From sequence record NC_002167.1: a stretch of DNA of 39,732 bases, one strand, 5' to 3'. Positions 18,101-26,663 of the stretch are shown piece after piece. Positions within the stretch are counted from its first letter, which is position 1. Each line of letters opens with the position of its first letter. The notes below the pieces were generated by a model that had not been told where the DNA came from, made no database searches, and saw only the letters and a program-made list of their open reading frames with translations. The DNA is from Escherichia phage HK97. A program made the translations under genes and the position numbers.

Positions 18101-19031
18101 CGGCAACAAGGCATCCATCAACAGCCTGAATCAGACGCTCTCCGACTATCAGCAGGCCACCGCCACGCAGATAAACGGCATCACGGCGACCGTGAACGGG
18201 CATACCTCCGCCATCACCACTAACGCTCAGGCTATAGCCAACGTTAATGGCGAACTCAGCGCGATGTACAACATCAAGGTTGGTGTCTCCAGCAACGGGC
18301 AGTATTACGCCGCGGGCATGGGGATTGGCGTTGGGAACACGCCGTCAGGCATGCAGTCGCAGGTTATCTTCCTGGCTGACCCGTTCGCCGTCACCACGGC
18401 AGCAGGTAACAGCGTGGCTTTGCCGTTCGTGATCCAGAACGGGCAGACATTCATCCGGGCCAGCTTCATCCAGGACGGCACCATTGAGAACGCCAAAATC
18501 GGCAACTATATCCAGTCCAACAACTATGCAGCTGGTTCTGCTGGTTGGAAGTTGAATAAAGCTGGAGATGCTGAATTCAACAATGTGACCGTCAGAGGTG
18601 TAGTATATGCTAGTGGCGGTAGCTTTACTGGTGAGATCCAAGCAACAAGCGGTAAATTCAAAGGGACTGTGGAAGCCCAAAGTTTTATCGGGGACATTGC
18701 AAATATGCACACCGGAACTAACGTTAGTCGGTCTAGTAACGGTCTTTTAGAAAAGGTAATAACTTATACGGATTCATCCAGTTCTGGGCACGCAAGACAC
18801 GTCTGTGTTATAGCAAACGTGAGAGGGAATGGTGCAGGTACGATAAATATTAACGGATCTGAGGGCTCTTCCAGCGTACAGGATGTAGAACGACTTATTA
18901 TGCATTCTGCTGTTGTAACTGGTCCAAACGTTACGGTAAGAATTACAGTTTCCGCTCAGAACAATAGAGGGGCGTCTATATCCTCACCTACTATTATTGT
19001 TTCGCACGGATCCGGTTCATTCACTGGTTAA
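15141..19031 (+). CDS. J: tail tip / host specificity protein J-like
   Basis: 1296-aa ORF after I; size and position as lambda gpJ; C-terminal about 170 codons are compositionally distinct (AT-rich). Confidence 0.85.
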   Translation: MATEKVLKGRKGGSSSSRTPTEQPDDLQSVAKAKILVALGEGEFAGQLTGKDIYLDGTALENADGSQNFSGVTWEFRAGTQAQKYIQGIPGTENEISVGTEVSSATTWTRTFTNTQLSAVRLRLKWPSLFKQEDDGDLVGYSVNYAIDLQTDGGTWQTVLNTSVTGKTTSGYERSHRIDLPQAGSTWTIRLRKITSDANSAKIGDTMMLQSFTEVIDAKLRYPNTALLYVEFDSSQFNGSIPQISCEPRGRVIRVPDTYDPETRTYSGTWTGAFKWAWTDNPAWIFYDLVVSDRFGLGHRLTAANIDKWTLYQVAQYCDQMVPDGKGGNGTEPRYTCNVYIQDRNDAYTVLRDFAAIFRGMTYWGGDQIVALADMPRDVDYSYTRANVVGGRFTYSSSTTKSRYTTALVSWSDPGNAYADAMEPVFEQALVARYGFNQLEMTAIGCTRQSEANRKGRWGILTNNKDRVVSFDVGLDGNIPQPGYIIAVADELLSGKVMGGRISAVNGRVIKLDRVADAAPGDRLILNLPSGASQSRTIQAVNGESVTVTTAYSETPQAEAVWVVESDELYAQQYRVVSVSDNNDGTFSITGAWHDPDKYARIDTGAIIDQRPVSVIPPGNQSPPANIVISSFSVVQQNISVETMRVSWDQAQNAIAYEAQWRRNDGNWVNVPRTSTTSFDVPGIYAGRYLVRVRAINAAEISSGWGYSEEKTLTGKVGNPPKPVGFIASENVVFGIELNWGFPANTDDTLKTEIQYSLTGTEDDAMLLADVPYPQRKYQQMGLKAGQIFWYRAQLVDRSGNESGYTGWVRGQASIDVSDITDVILEDIKGSETFKDLIENAVDSNEKIAGMADDIKQANDELELQAQEIAKNAQDIGQVQTSVNELSSTVGDVSSSLSDLEQTVATADTALGQRIDSISVSMDGMTGGVKNSAIAIIQGNLAQVAARKTLSASVAGNSAQLDRLDEVIVSEKEATARSLLSLQTDVNGNKASINSLNQTLSDYQQATATQINGITATVNGHTSAITTNAQAIANVNGELSAMYNIKVGVSSNGQYYAAGMGIGVGNTPSGMQSQVIFLADPFAVTTAAGNSVALPFVIQNGQTFIRASFIQDGTIENAKIGNYIQSNNYAAGSAGWKLNKAGDAEFNNVTVRGVVYASGGSFTGEIQATSGKFKGTVEAQSFIGDIANMHTGTNVSRSSNGLLEKVITYTDSSSSGHARHVCVIANVRGNGAGTININGSEGSSSVQDVERLIMHSAVVTGPNVTVRITVSAQNNRGASISSPTIIVSHGSGSFTG

Positions 19032-19048
19032 ACAAAACCCCGCATTAG

Positions 19049-19157
19049 GGAAGGTGCGAATAAGTACCCTCCGCAACGAAAATGAAACTTTTAGTCAATT
19101 AAATTCAATCACTTACATAGGCGTTTTTTTGCGTTTGGTGACTTATTCGCACCTTCC
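19049..19157. repeat. 17-bp perfect inverted repeat flanking a 75-bp AT-rich spacer
   Basis: ggaaggtgcgaataagt at 19049-19065; exact reverse complement acttattcgcaccttcc at 19141-19157. Confidence 0.8.
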
Positions 19158-19238
19158 TTAAAAACCAATTCAGAAATTATTTCTGGTGAGGGTTATATAC
19201 CTCTCCGGGCTTCATGTTGTCTAAATTTAGGAGTTGTT

Positions 19239-20204
19239 ATGATTTATAGCACCGGAACTATCTCTATTAACGGAAATACCGCAACCGGCTCCGGTACAAA
19301 CTGGACAGCTCCCGCCAGCCAGGTCCGCGCTGGCCAGACGATTATCGTGATGTCTAACCCGGTGCAGCTGTTTCAGATTTCATCCGTGAACAGCGCCACG
19401 TCAATGACGGTTACTCCAGCTGCTTCCCCTGCGCTGAGCGGCCAGAAGTATGGAATTCTTGTGTCGGACATTATCTCGGTCGACGGACTGGCACAGGCGA
19501 TGTCACAGCTCATCAAAGAGTACGACGAGAACATTGGCGCGTGGGAGACGTTCGCCAGCACCTCAGCAAACCAAAGCATCACAGTTACCATCAACGGCAC
19601 CGCCGTAACCATCCCAGGCATCGGTAAACTTGCGCAGAAAGGGAGCAACGGTGCGGTTACTGTCGCAGACGGCGGAACCGGCGCAACGAATGCCGCAGAC
19701 GCTCGCACAAACCTTGGTTTGGGAGAAGGCTCTGCATTACCTGTTGGTGTCCCTGTTCCGTGGCCTTCCGCCACTCCGCCAACAGGCTGGCTGAAATGCA
19801 ACGGTGCGGTTTTTTCTGCTGAAGAATACCCGGAACTGGCAAAGGCTTATCCAACAAATAAATTGCCTGATTTACGTGGTGAGTTTATTCGTGGTTGGGA
19901 TGACGGGCGCGGTATTGACGCGGGGCGCGAAATTCTGTCTGCTCAGGGGGATGCTATTCGTAATATAACCGGCACATTTGGCGATGGAGAAACCGAAGTT
20001 AATGCGTCTATTAGCTTTTATAGGGCGGATGGTGTTTTTGTAACTCAGAAAAAACTTCGTAATACGATAGGTAACACCACAATCATTGCGGATACCCCAA
20101 ACAATCCTTATTTAATCAATTTTGATGCTTCAAGAGTAGTGCCAACTGCCTCAGAGAACAGACCAAGAAACATTGCATTTAACTACATTGTAAGGGCAGT
20201 ATAA
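19239..20204 (+). CDS. side tail fibre protein
   Basis: 321-aa ORF with SD aggag; Gly/Thr/Ala-rich repeats and tail-collar-like segment; last about 250 nt AT-rich. Confidence 0.65.
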   Translation: MIYSTGTISINGNTATGSGTNWTAPASQVRAGQTIIVMSNPVQLFQISSVNSATSMTVTPAASPALSGQKYGILVSDIISVDGLAQAMSQLIKEYDENIGAWETFASTSANQSITVTINGTAVTIPGIGKLAQKGSNGAVTVADGGTGATNAADARTNLGLGEGSALPVGVPVPWPSATPPTGWLKCNGAVFSAEEYPELAKAYPTNKLPDLRGEFIRGWDDGRGIDAGREILSAQGDAIRNITGTFGDGETEVNASISFYRADGVFVTQKKLRNTIGNTTIIADTPNNPYLINFDASRVVPTASENRPRNIAFNYIVRAV

Positions 20205-20812
20205 TGACCACAAAAGAAATCACCTTAGATGAAAACGGATTCGCAACAGAAGCTGGCTTCATCACCGTTTACAACTACAGCGGTGAAACGCGGGAATATA
20301 TTTCCACATCAACTGAATATCTTGCCGTTGGTGTCGGTATCCCGGCATGTTCTTGTTTAGATGCACCAGTTACACATAAAGCTGGTTATGCAATCTGCCG
20401 TTCTGCAGATTTTAACTCATGGGAATATGTGCCAGACCATCGCGGTGAAATCGTCTTTAGCACCGAAACAGGAGAATCAAAAGAAATCACAGCTCCGGGT
20501 GATTACCCTGATAATACAACCACTATCGCCCCGTTAACACCATACGATAAATGGGATGGTGAGAAATGGGTGACGGATACCGAAGCACAGCATAGCGCCG
20601 CAGTAGATGCAGCAGAAGCACAGCGCCAGTCACTGATTGATACTGCAATGGCTTCAATCAGTCTGATTCAGCTGAAATTACAGGCCGGACGGAAGTTGAC
20701 GCAGGCAGAAACAACCCGACTTAACGCCGTGCTGGATTACATTGACGCGGTGACGGCAACAGATACCAGCACCGCGCCGGATGTCATCTGGCCTGAACTG
20801 CCGGAGGCGTAG
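20204..20812 (+). CDS. tail fibre assembly protein (Tfa-like)
   Basis: 202-aa ORF coupled (ATGA) to the fibre gene; sequence resembles Tfa family. Confidence 0.7.
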   Translation: MTTKEITLDENGFATEAGFITVYNYSGETREYISTSTEYLAVGVGIPACSCLDAPVTHKAGYAICRSADFNSWEYVPDHRGEIVFSTETGESKEITAPGDYPDNTTTIAPLTPYDKWDGEKWVTDTEAQHSAAVDAAEAQRQSLIDTAMASISLIQLKLQAGRKLTQAETTRLNAVLDYIDAVTATDTSTAPDVIWPELPEA

Positions 20813-21042
20813 GCCATTCAATATCTGGCGCACCGGAAGTATCGACCAGCTCCAGTGCGTCCAGTTGACATCCTCCACGCCCTGAAGGACGGGGTTTTAC
20901 GGCGCACCGGATAAATCCAAATGGAGTTTCGGGAGATAAATGAAACCGCAGCCACGTCGTATGCAAGAACGTGCTGCGGTTGGCTGGTGAACTTTCGATA
21001 GTGCGAGTATTGAATGATTTCCAGCCGTTACCGATTTTACGA

Positions 21043-21084
21043 CAAAAAATTAGCGCAAGAAGACAAAAATCACCTTGCGCTAAT
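21043..21084 (-). terminator. tI/sib-like terminator beyond attP
   Basis: 11-bp perfect inverted repeat attagcgcaag / cttgcgctaat with 14-nt loop, followed on the minus strand by a T-run; about 150-190 bp beyond the attP core as for lambda tI. Confidence 0.5.
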
Positions 21085-21229
21085 GCTCTGTCTCAGGTCA
21101 CTAATACTATCTAAGTAGTTGATTCATAGTGACTGGATATGTTGTGTTTTGTAGCATCATGTAGTCTATTTTTTATACTAAAGATATTGTAACACATTGA
21201 TATTAATGATTTTTAATGTTTCACGTTCA

Positions 21230-21244
21230 GCTTTTTTATACTAA
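21230..21244. other. attP: attP core (lambda-type)
   Basis: GCTTTTTTATACTAA, which I recall as the lambda att core, flanked by AT-rich arms, directly downstream of int-xis. Confidence 0.85.
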
Positions 21245-21317
21245 GTTGGCATTATAAAAAAGCATTGCTTATCAATTTGTTGCAACGAACAGGTCACTAT
21301 CAGTCAAAATAAAATCA

Positions 21318-22388
21318 TTATTTGATTTCAATTTTGTCCCACTCCCTGCCTCTGTCATCACGATACTGTGATGCCATGGTGTCCGACTTATGCCCGAGAA
21401 GATGTTGAGCAAACTTATCGCTTATCTGCTTCTCATAGAGTCTTGCAGACAAACTGCGCAACTCGTGAAAGGTAGGCGGATCCCCTTCGAAGGAAAGACC
21501 TGATGCTTTTCGTGCGCGCATAAAATACCTTGATACTGTGCCGGATGAAAGCGGTTCGCGACGAGTAGATGCAATTATGGTTTCTCCGCCAAGAATCTCT
21601 TTGCATTTATCAAGTGTTTCCTTCATTGATATTCCGAGAGCATCAACATGCAATGCTGTTGGGATGGCAATTTTTACGCCTGTTTTGCTTTGCTCGACAT
21701 AAAGATATCCATCTACGATATCAGACCACTTCATTTCGCATAAATCACCAACTCGTTGCCCGGTAACAACAGCCAGTTCCATTGCAAGTCTGAGCCAACA
21801 TGGTGATGATTCTGCTGCTTGATAAATTTTCAGGTATTCGTCAGCCGTAAGTCTTGATCTCCTTACCTCTGATTTTGCTGCGCGAGTGGCAGCGACCGGG
21901 TTTGTTGTTATATGGCCTTCAGCTATTGCCTCTCGGAATGCATCGCTCAGTGTTGATCTGATTAACTTGGCTGACGCAGCCTTGCCCTCGTCTATGTATC
22001 CATTGAGCATTGCCGCAATTTCTTTTGTGGTGATGTCTTCAAGTGGAGCATCAGGCAGCCCCCTCCTTATTGCTTTAATTTTGCTCATGTAATTTATGAG
22101 TGTCTTCTGCTTGATTCCTCTGCTGGCGAGGATTTTTTCGTAGCGATCAAGCCATGAATGTAACGTAACAGAATTATCACTGTTGATTCTTGCTGTCAGA
22201 GGCTTGTGTTTGTGTCCTGAAAATAACTCAATGTTGGCCTGTATAGCTTCAGTGATTGCTATCCTCCTGTCTCGGCCTAATCCGAACTCTTTACCCGTCC
22301 TTGGGTCCCTGTAGCAGTAATATCCATTGTTTCTTATATAAAGGTTAGGGGGTAAATCCCGGCGCTCATGACTTCGCCTTCTTCCCAT
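21318..22388 (-). CDS. int: tyrosine integrase (lambda Int)
   Basis: 356-aa ORF essentially matching recalled lambda Int (MGRRRSHERRDLPPNLYIRNNGYY…). Confidence 0.95.
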   Translation of the reverse strand: MGRRRSHERRDLPPNLYIRNNGYYCYRDPRTGKEFGLGRDRRIAITEAIQANIELFSGHKHKPLTARINSDNSVTLHSWLDRYEKILASRGIKQKTLINYMSKIKAIRRGLPDAPLEDITTKEIAAMLNGYIDEGKAASAKLIRSTLSDAFREAIAEGHITTNPVAATRAAKSEVRRSRLTADEYLKIYQAAESSPCWLRLAMELAVVTGQRVGDLCEMKWSDIVDGYLYVEQSKTGVKIAIPTALHVDALGISMKETLDKCKEILGGETIIASTRREPLSSGTVSRYFMRARKASGLSFEGDPPTFHELRSLSARLYEKQISDKFAQHLLGHKSDTMASQYRDDRGREWDKIEIK

Positions 22389-22584
22389 TTCTGATCCTCT
22401 TCAAAAGGCTACCTGTTACTGGTCGATTTAAGTCAACCTTTACCGCTGATTCGTGGAACAGATACTCTCTTCCATCCTTAACCGGAGGAGGGAATATCCT
22501 GCATTCGCGCACCCATCGACGAACTGTTTCAAGGCTTCTTGGGCGTCGCTGGCGAGCGTTCCACTCCTGAAGTGTCAAGTACAT
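22366..22584 (-). CDS. xis: excisionase
   Basis: 72-aa product MYLTLQEWNARQRRPRSLETV… as recalled for lambda Xis; 3' end overlaps int start. Confidence 0.9.
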   Translation of the reverse strand: MYLTLQEWNARQRRPRSLETVRRWVRECRIFPPPVKDGREYLFHESAVKVDLNRPVTGSLLKRIRNGKKAKS

Positions 22585-22670
22585 CGCAAAGTCTCCGCAA
22601 TTACACGCAAGAAAAAGCCGCATTGATGCGGCGATGGTAGGTCTGGATATCATTGAGCAATGAACAGGCC

Positions 22671-22775
22671 TCATCGAGTGTGAGGCGGGTTAGTCCTTGC
22701 GTAGCTCGCTAATTCTTCTGTAAGTCTCTGGTGCTTTGCTATCTCACGCAGTGCCTGATAGTCAATCTTGCTCAC
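22671..22775 (-). CDS. small hypothetical protein
   Basis: 34 codons from GTG 22775, strong SD AGGAGG 6 nt upstream, GTGA overlap with upstream gene stop. Confidence 0.3.
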   Translation of the reverse strand: MSKIDYQALREIAKHQRLTEELASYARTNPPHTR

Positions 22776-23302
22776 TGGTTGCCTCCTTTGCGAAGCTGGT
22801 CGGCGAACAAACGTACACTAGACGCTTCACTGCGTAGAAACTTAACGGCATAATCAAAACCACCTCGTTCTGCGTCGTCTGCTCCGTTGTCGAGGTTATC
22901 TGCGTACATCTCTACCCCCTGCGCCCGTACTTCAGCCAGGAAAGCATCGGTGGCTGGGGTTTCGATATCGTTAATTTCAGGAAGAATCTCTTCCCATGTG
23001 GCGATATCGCCATTCAAATGCCATCCGGCAATTCCACTGGAGTTATCCGCAACACTGCGAACGGCTTCAATAGTTTCGAGCATTACCGCACTCTCCGCTA
23101 CCAGCGCCGCGCACTTGGCCTCAAGGTTATCAATCGTGATTCCAGCAGAACGACACTCCCGCAACGCCGTTTCCAGTTTTGATTCAAGCTCACCGAACTT
23201 ACGCACCAGATATTCAGCGTTTGTTTCGTTAACCTTTAAATCTCGCGGGATGCATTTACCTTTCAGGAATCCATCCATCTCAATTAGTGACATTTGTTTC
23301 AT
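22772..23302 (-). CDS. hypothetical early protein
   Basis: 176 aa from first ATG (23302; the 182-aa track ORF begins at GTG 23320); acidic; pL-operon position between the recombination module and xis. Confidence 0.55.
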   Translation of the reverse strand: MKQMSLIEMDGFLKGKCIPRDLKVNETNAEYLVRKFGELESKLETALRECRSAGITIDNLEAKCAALVAESAVMLETIEAVRSVADNSSGIAGWHLNGDIATWEEILPEINDIETPATDAFLAEVRAQGVEMYADNLDNGADDAERGGFDYAVKFLRSEASSVRLFADQLRKGGNQ

Positions 23303-23463
23303 TTCTTCCCACTCCGCCACATTTCATTCAGATATTTGTTGTCATTAACAGAACCGAAACTATTTCTCTTAAGCAATTCCTCTCTCGATGGCATTGGCTT
23401 TACGCGTTGGCGAATAATCATTTCTGCCGGAAGAATGCCGGGATTGTATGCAAGTCCTCTCAT
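23299..23463 (-). CDS. small hypothetical early protein
   Basis: 54-aa ORF from ATG 23463 with SD gagga; stop overlaps downstream start (ATGA). Confidence 0.35.
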   Translation of the reverse strand: MRGLAYNPGILPAEMIIRQRVKPMPSREELLKRNSFGSVNDNKYLNEMWRSGKK

Positions 23464-23473
23464 GGTAAATTCC

Positions 23474-23767
23474 TCAGTCATTACTGATAGCGCCATAGCG
23501 TGAGCGGTAATTACGCAGGCGCGGGTCAATTTCAGGGAAGTGGGTATATGTGGCTTTGCGGAATGGTCGGATTGATGTCTGGTAAATCTGCTCGCGCTCT
23601 TCTTTCTCTGCAAGCCATATACAATGGCGAAATTCCTTTTCCTCTTTCGTTTCCTGCGGTAGCGACATTATCAGGTCGTATTTTTTTCTGAATTTATCCA
23701 GCACCTCCGATACGGAATTGCCGGAACAGCGGAGCGGGTCATCCGCACCATACAGAGGCGCTGGCAT
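23474..23767 (-). CDS. hypothetical early protein
   Basis: 97-aa ORF with SD agga 4 nt upstream. Confidence 0.5.
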   Translation of the reverse strand: MPAPLYGADDPLRCSGNSVSEVLDKFRKKYDLIMSLPQETKEEKEFRHCIWLAEKEEREQIYQTSIRPFRKATYTHFPEIDPRLRNYRSRYGAISND

Positions 23768-23785
23768 AATGGAATCCTTATTTTT

Positions 23786-24175
23786 CTAAATCAGAATGGG
23801 ATTGGAATCGTCGTATACAGGAGTGTTCTGCTGGTTACTGCTTTGTTGCTGTTGGCTGTTTCCTGAAGTTGTAAATCCAATCTTTGCATTCAGTAATTCA
23901 AGAGTGATTGATTGACCATTTTGCCCCTGATAAACATCAACCCTGATGTTTTCTCCGGTAATTTCTACAATGCCACCTTCAACAAGAACACTACGGTAGT
24001 AATCCGCTTGCGCTCCCGGCTTGGCAAATACAACGGCGCTGTAGTTTGTCCATTCTTTCTTTTTTGTCTGGCGATCGTAATGCTGAACGCCAGCACGGAT
24101 GTTGAATCCGATATTTTCCCCGGCCTGAAACTCTCTTGCGGGCTTGTTTAGTCTTACAGTAATCGAATGTGCCAT
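23786..24175 (-). CDS. SSB-like protein (OB-fold, Gln-rich linker, acidic tip)
   Basis: 129 aa from ATG 24175 (TAATG overlap with erf stop); Gln/Ser-rich linker NSQQQQSSNQQ and tail …DDSNPILI reminiscent of SSB. Confidence 0.45.
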   Translation of the reverse strand: MAHSITVRLNKPAREFQAGENIGFNIRAGVQHYDRQTKKKEWTNYSAVVFAKPGAQADYYRSVLVEGGIVEITGENIRVDVYQGQNGQSITLELLNAKIGFTTSGNSQQQQSSNQQNTPVYDDSNPILI

Positions 24176-24780
24176 TAAGCAGCCGCTCCTTCTAATTCGT
24201 CTCGTCTGATGTTGTAAACGTCCTGCGCTTTGTGCTGCTCCGGTGTGCCTTCGAGCATCTTCCACGCTTTGGCGAACGCCTGTTTAAGCTCTTCTACGGT
24301 GTTTTTCTGCATTGCTGCGTCAGTGAATGCCTTTAAAACCTGTTCAGGTGTAGGTGATGGCTTTGATTGCTTTGCTGCTGCGTTCTGCTGATGTTTATGC
24401 TCGTCTGTATCTGCATCTTTCGCATCATCTATGCCGAACAAACCATTGAGGCAATACTTGCGTGCATAAGAGCTTGTAGCTCCAGTAACTTGTGCAGAAT
24501 CCATTCCTTTCTTGCTTTCTTCCTCTCGTGCAAGAGCGGTTGCCGTATGGCTGTTTTCGCCATCGGTAATAGTTGCCGTGGCTTTCACGTAATACCGATC
24601 ACCAATCAACACAACTTCATCGCTGATTGATAAAAACAGACCATTCAGTAACGGCTTAACGCCTTCAAGAATATCTTCGCAGCTTCTGTATTTATATTTA
24701 CCGAATGAGTTGTACTGATTCTTTGGCGCGTTCAGATTCTCCTGAATAGCTGCCAGTCTTGCGTAAAATTCTTTGCTCAT
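24175..24780 (-). CDS. erf: Erf-family single-strand annealing protein
   Basis: From MSKEFYARLAAIQENLNAPKNQYNSFGKYKYRSCEDILEG…; recalled similarity to P22 Erf. Confidence 0.8.
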   Translation of the reverse strand: MSKEFYARLAAIQENLNAPKNQYNSFGKYKYRSCEDILEGVKPLLNGLFLSISDEVVLIGDRYYVKATATITDGENSHTATALAREEESKKGMDSAQVTGATSSYARKYCLNGLFGIDDAKDADTDEHKHQQNAAAKQSKPSPTPEQVLKAFTDAAMQKNTVEELKQAFAKAWKMLEGTPEQHKAQDVYNIRRDELEGAAA

Positions 24781-24790
24781 ATGATTGTTC

Positions 24791-25042
24791 TCAGAATGGA
24801 CACGGCCCAAGGAAATAACGCTGATTTAATACTTCGACTCGGGACAAATTAAGGCATACCAGCATTCCTTCGCGGTCGCCATTATGGCGATACCAGAGAG
24901 CTTTCTCGCGTGTGACATGCGTCTCTGTAACTTGCTCTCCTTCACTGTGGTTGCAAGTGACATGCATATCTCCTTCGTTACCGATTAATTCTTTCATCTG
25001 ACGAATGAATTCTTCGTCTGACCAGTTATCTGTAAAACTCAT
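24791..25042 (-). CDS. hypothetical protein upstream of erf
   Basis: 83 aa from ATG 25042, overlapping the kil stop (ATGA). Confidence 0.45.
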   Translation of the reverse strand: MSFTDNWSDEEFIRQMKELIGNEGDMHVTCNHSEGEQVTETHVTREKALWYRHNGDREGMLVCLNLSRVEVLNQRYFLGPCPF

Positions 25043-25190
25043 TTCCTGCGATACCACGGAAGGTTGATAGCTGATTTCATCGCTTTATTTGCTTCAAGCC
25101 ACATTTTTGAATCACCAATAAATCTGGCTATTACTGCTTTGTTCTGTGCAGCACGAAGCATCTGGTGATTAATGGCTATTTCATTGCGCA
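25039..25190 (-). CDS. kil: Kil-like host division inhibitor
   Basis: 50-codon ORF with SD GGAGG; …IARFIGDSKMWLEANKAM… resembles recalled lambda Kil; overlaps cIII-like 3' end as in lambda. Confidence 0.45.
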
Positions 25191-25310
25191 TAACGCCTCC
25201 AGTTGTTTCTTTGCTGCTCTGATTAATTGTTTAACTCGGCGTGATAATTCAGATTCGTGCGGGTAGAAAGCGGACATGACGCCGCTACCCGCGAGCTGAA
25301 AGTGCATCAT
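25176..25310 (-). CDS. cIII: cIII-like protein (FtsH inhibitor)
   Basis: 44-aa product from ATG 25310 with SD AGGAG; amphipathic helix ESELSRRVKQLIRAAKK resembles lambda cIII core. Confidence 0.5.
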   Translation of the reverse strand: MMHFQLAGSGVMSAFYPHESELSRRVKQLIRAAKKQLEALCAMK

Positions 25311-25376
25311 GGGTAACTCCTTATATTTGATTGCATAACGAAAACGCCTCGAGTGAAGCGTTATTGGTATGCATAT

Positions 25377-25400
25377 AAAAAAGCCCTCACACTGGAGGGC
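25377..25400 (-). terminator. intrinsic terminator in pL operon (tL-like)
   Basis: On minus strand: gccctc-cagtgt-gagggc followed by T6. Confidence 0.5.
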
Positions 25401-25504
25401 AAAGAAGATTTCCAATAATCAGAACAAGTCGGCTCCTGTTTAGTTACGAGCGACATTGCTCCGTGTATTCACTCGTTGGAATGAATACACAGTGCTTATT
25501 CGTA

Positions 25505-25975
25505 CTAATAAAATACCCAATTTTCTGTTTCTTGGTTGTGCCCAAAGTTATATTCAATATCTGGTGTTGATGTATCAATATTCTTCATCCCATCAACAAG
25601 AGTTGATACAACAGCCAAATCTTGTTTGATTCTCATTAAATGGTATTTCTTCCGGCGCAATAAACTCTCAATGGCAAGTTTCTTCGTTGGGAATGCAAAA
25701 GATCTTTCTGCATTTTTTGCTACTTTCTTAATTGCATATCTATTTCTCCTTTGTTTCCATTCCTGTAACCACTGATTTGGTGCTGGTTTAAAATTAATAA
25801 TCCAATGCGCAGGAACCAACCATGCATAATGCTCTGTCTGATGAAAAGCTATATATTGAAGTGCGAATATTTTTATCCCATCTTCTTCAACTGTCGCCTG
25901 GAATCTCCAGAAAACAGGCATTCCATCATGTTCAGTTTCTGATTCAGGAAAAGGTACGCTCCATGATTTTGTCAT
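25505..25975 (-). CDS. hypothetical protein (AT-rich orphan in pL operon)
   Basis: 156-aa ORF with SD GAGGTG; markedly AT-rich compared with neighbours; no recognisable family. Confidence 0.6.
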   Translation of the reverse strand: MTKSWSVPFPESETEHDGMPVFWRFQATVEEDGIKIFALQYIAFHQTEHYAWLVPAHWIINFKPAPNQWLQEWKQRRNRYAIKKVAKNAERSFAFPTKKLAIESLLRRKKYHLMRIKQDLAVVSTLVDGMKNIDTSTPDIEYNFGHNQETENWVFY

Positions 25976-26033
25976 ATCTCACCTCAAATAAGTGGTTTGC
26001 TGCCTAATTTCATTTTCTGGCGACCAACACAAG

Positions 26034-26417
26034 TCACCTTGCTGTCAGTTGTTTTGATTTCCTGTAGCCTGCCGCGTAAAGAGCTACATTTGGAAGACAT
26101 ACACCAGTTTCTGGTTGCCTATGCCCAAACTCATTCGCGTACACAATGGCCGCTCTCTCCAGATTGCGTCTGTATTCTTTCTGTTGCCAGATCACGTCCT
26201 GTGCCATGAACTTAATTGGCTTAGCGTCTTCTATGCGCTCAGGCGTTTCGTGAGTACCTTTAGCCTGAATCTGCGCTCTGCTTAGAGTAGGGCGGTGTAA
26301 TACTTCTGAACTTATTGCTTCTTCGCGGGCCAGTACGCCGTTAGCTAATGCCTTTGCCTTTAAACGCTCACGACGACGAGAACGTGAATTGCCTTTGAAC
26401 TGAGTTCTGCGTGTCAT
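26034..26417 (-). CDS. N-like transcription antiterminator (P22 gp24-like)
   Basis: 127-aa ORF with SD GGAGG; N-terminal Arg-rich motif (RRTQFKGNSRSRRRERLKAKA); C-terminus LPNVALYAAGYRKSKQLTAR resembles recalled P22 N; first gene after pL. Confidence 0.7.
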   Translation of the reverse strand: MTRRTQFKGNSRSRRRERLKAKALANGVLAREEAISSEVLHRPTLSRAQIQAKGTHETPERIEDAKPIKFMAQDVIWQQKEYRRNLERAAIVYANEFGHRQPETGVCLPNVALYAAGYRKSKQLTAR

Positions 26418-26582
26418 ATAGACCTCCTGATGAACTTTGGTGGTGTGGTAGGTGGGAGACCCATTTCGACCTGTTTCGGCCTACTTCAATTCGGCAATAG
26501 TACCGCAGGCCTCGCCGCTTTACGTGCGACATATTCCCGTCCATGAACCCTTCACCACACCCCAAAGTTCACTTTGGTTATT

Positions 26583-26597
26583 GCGCTTTGTCAGCGC
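26583..26597 (-). promoter_or_regulatory. nutL boxB hairpin (P22-type)
   Basis: Leftward transcript would carry GCGCUGACAAAGCGC, which I recall as the P22 boxB; lies between pL and N. Confidence 0.5.
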
Positions 26598-26663
26598 CGT
26601 AGATTCATATTCGAATCGTTGTATATCACCGCCCTGGTGAGTAGTGCGTCCTGCTGATGTGTT

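Noticed and set aside
19373-19801. Minus-strand 142-aa ORF inside the side tail fibre gene
   Set aside because: Antisense to a coding region with a clear SD and start on the plus strand; likely chance ORF
20784-20966. Minus-strand 60-aa ORF after the fibre assembly gene
   Set aside because: Overlaps the end of the fibre assembly gene on the opposite strand; no start context; region is more likely non-coding att-proximal DNA
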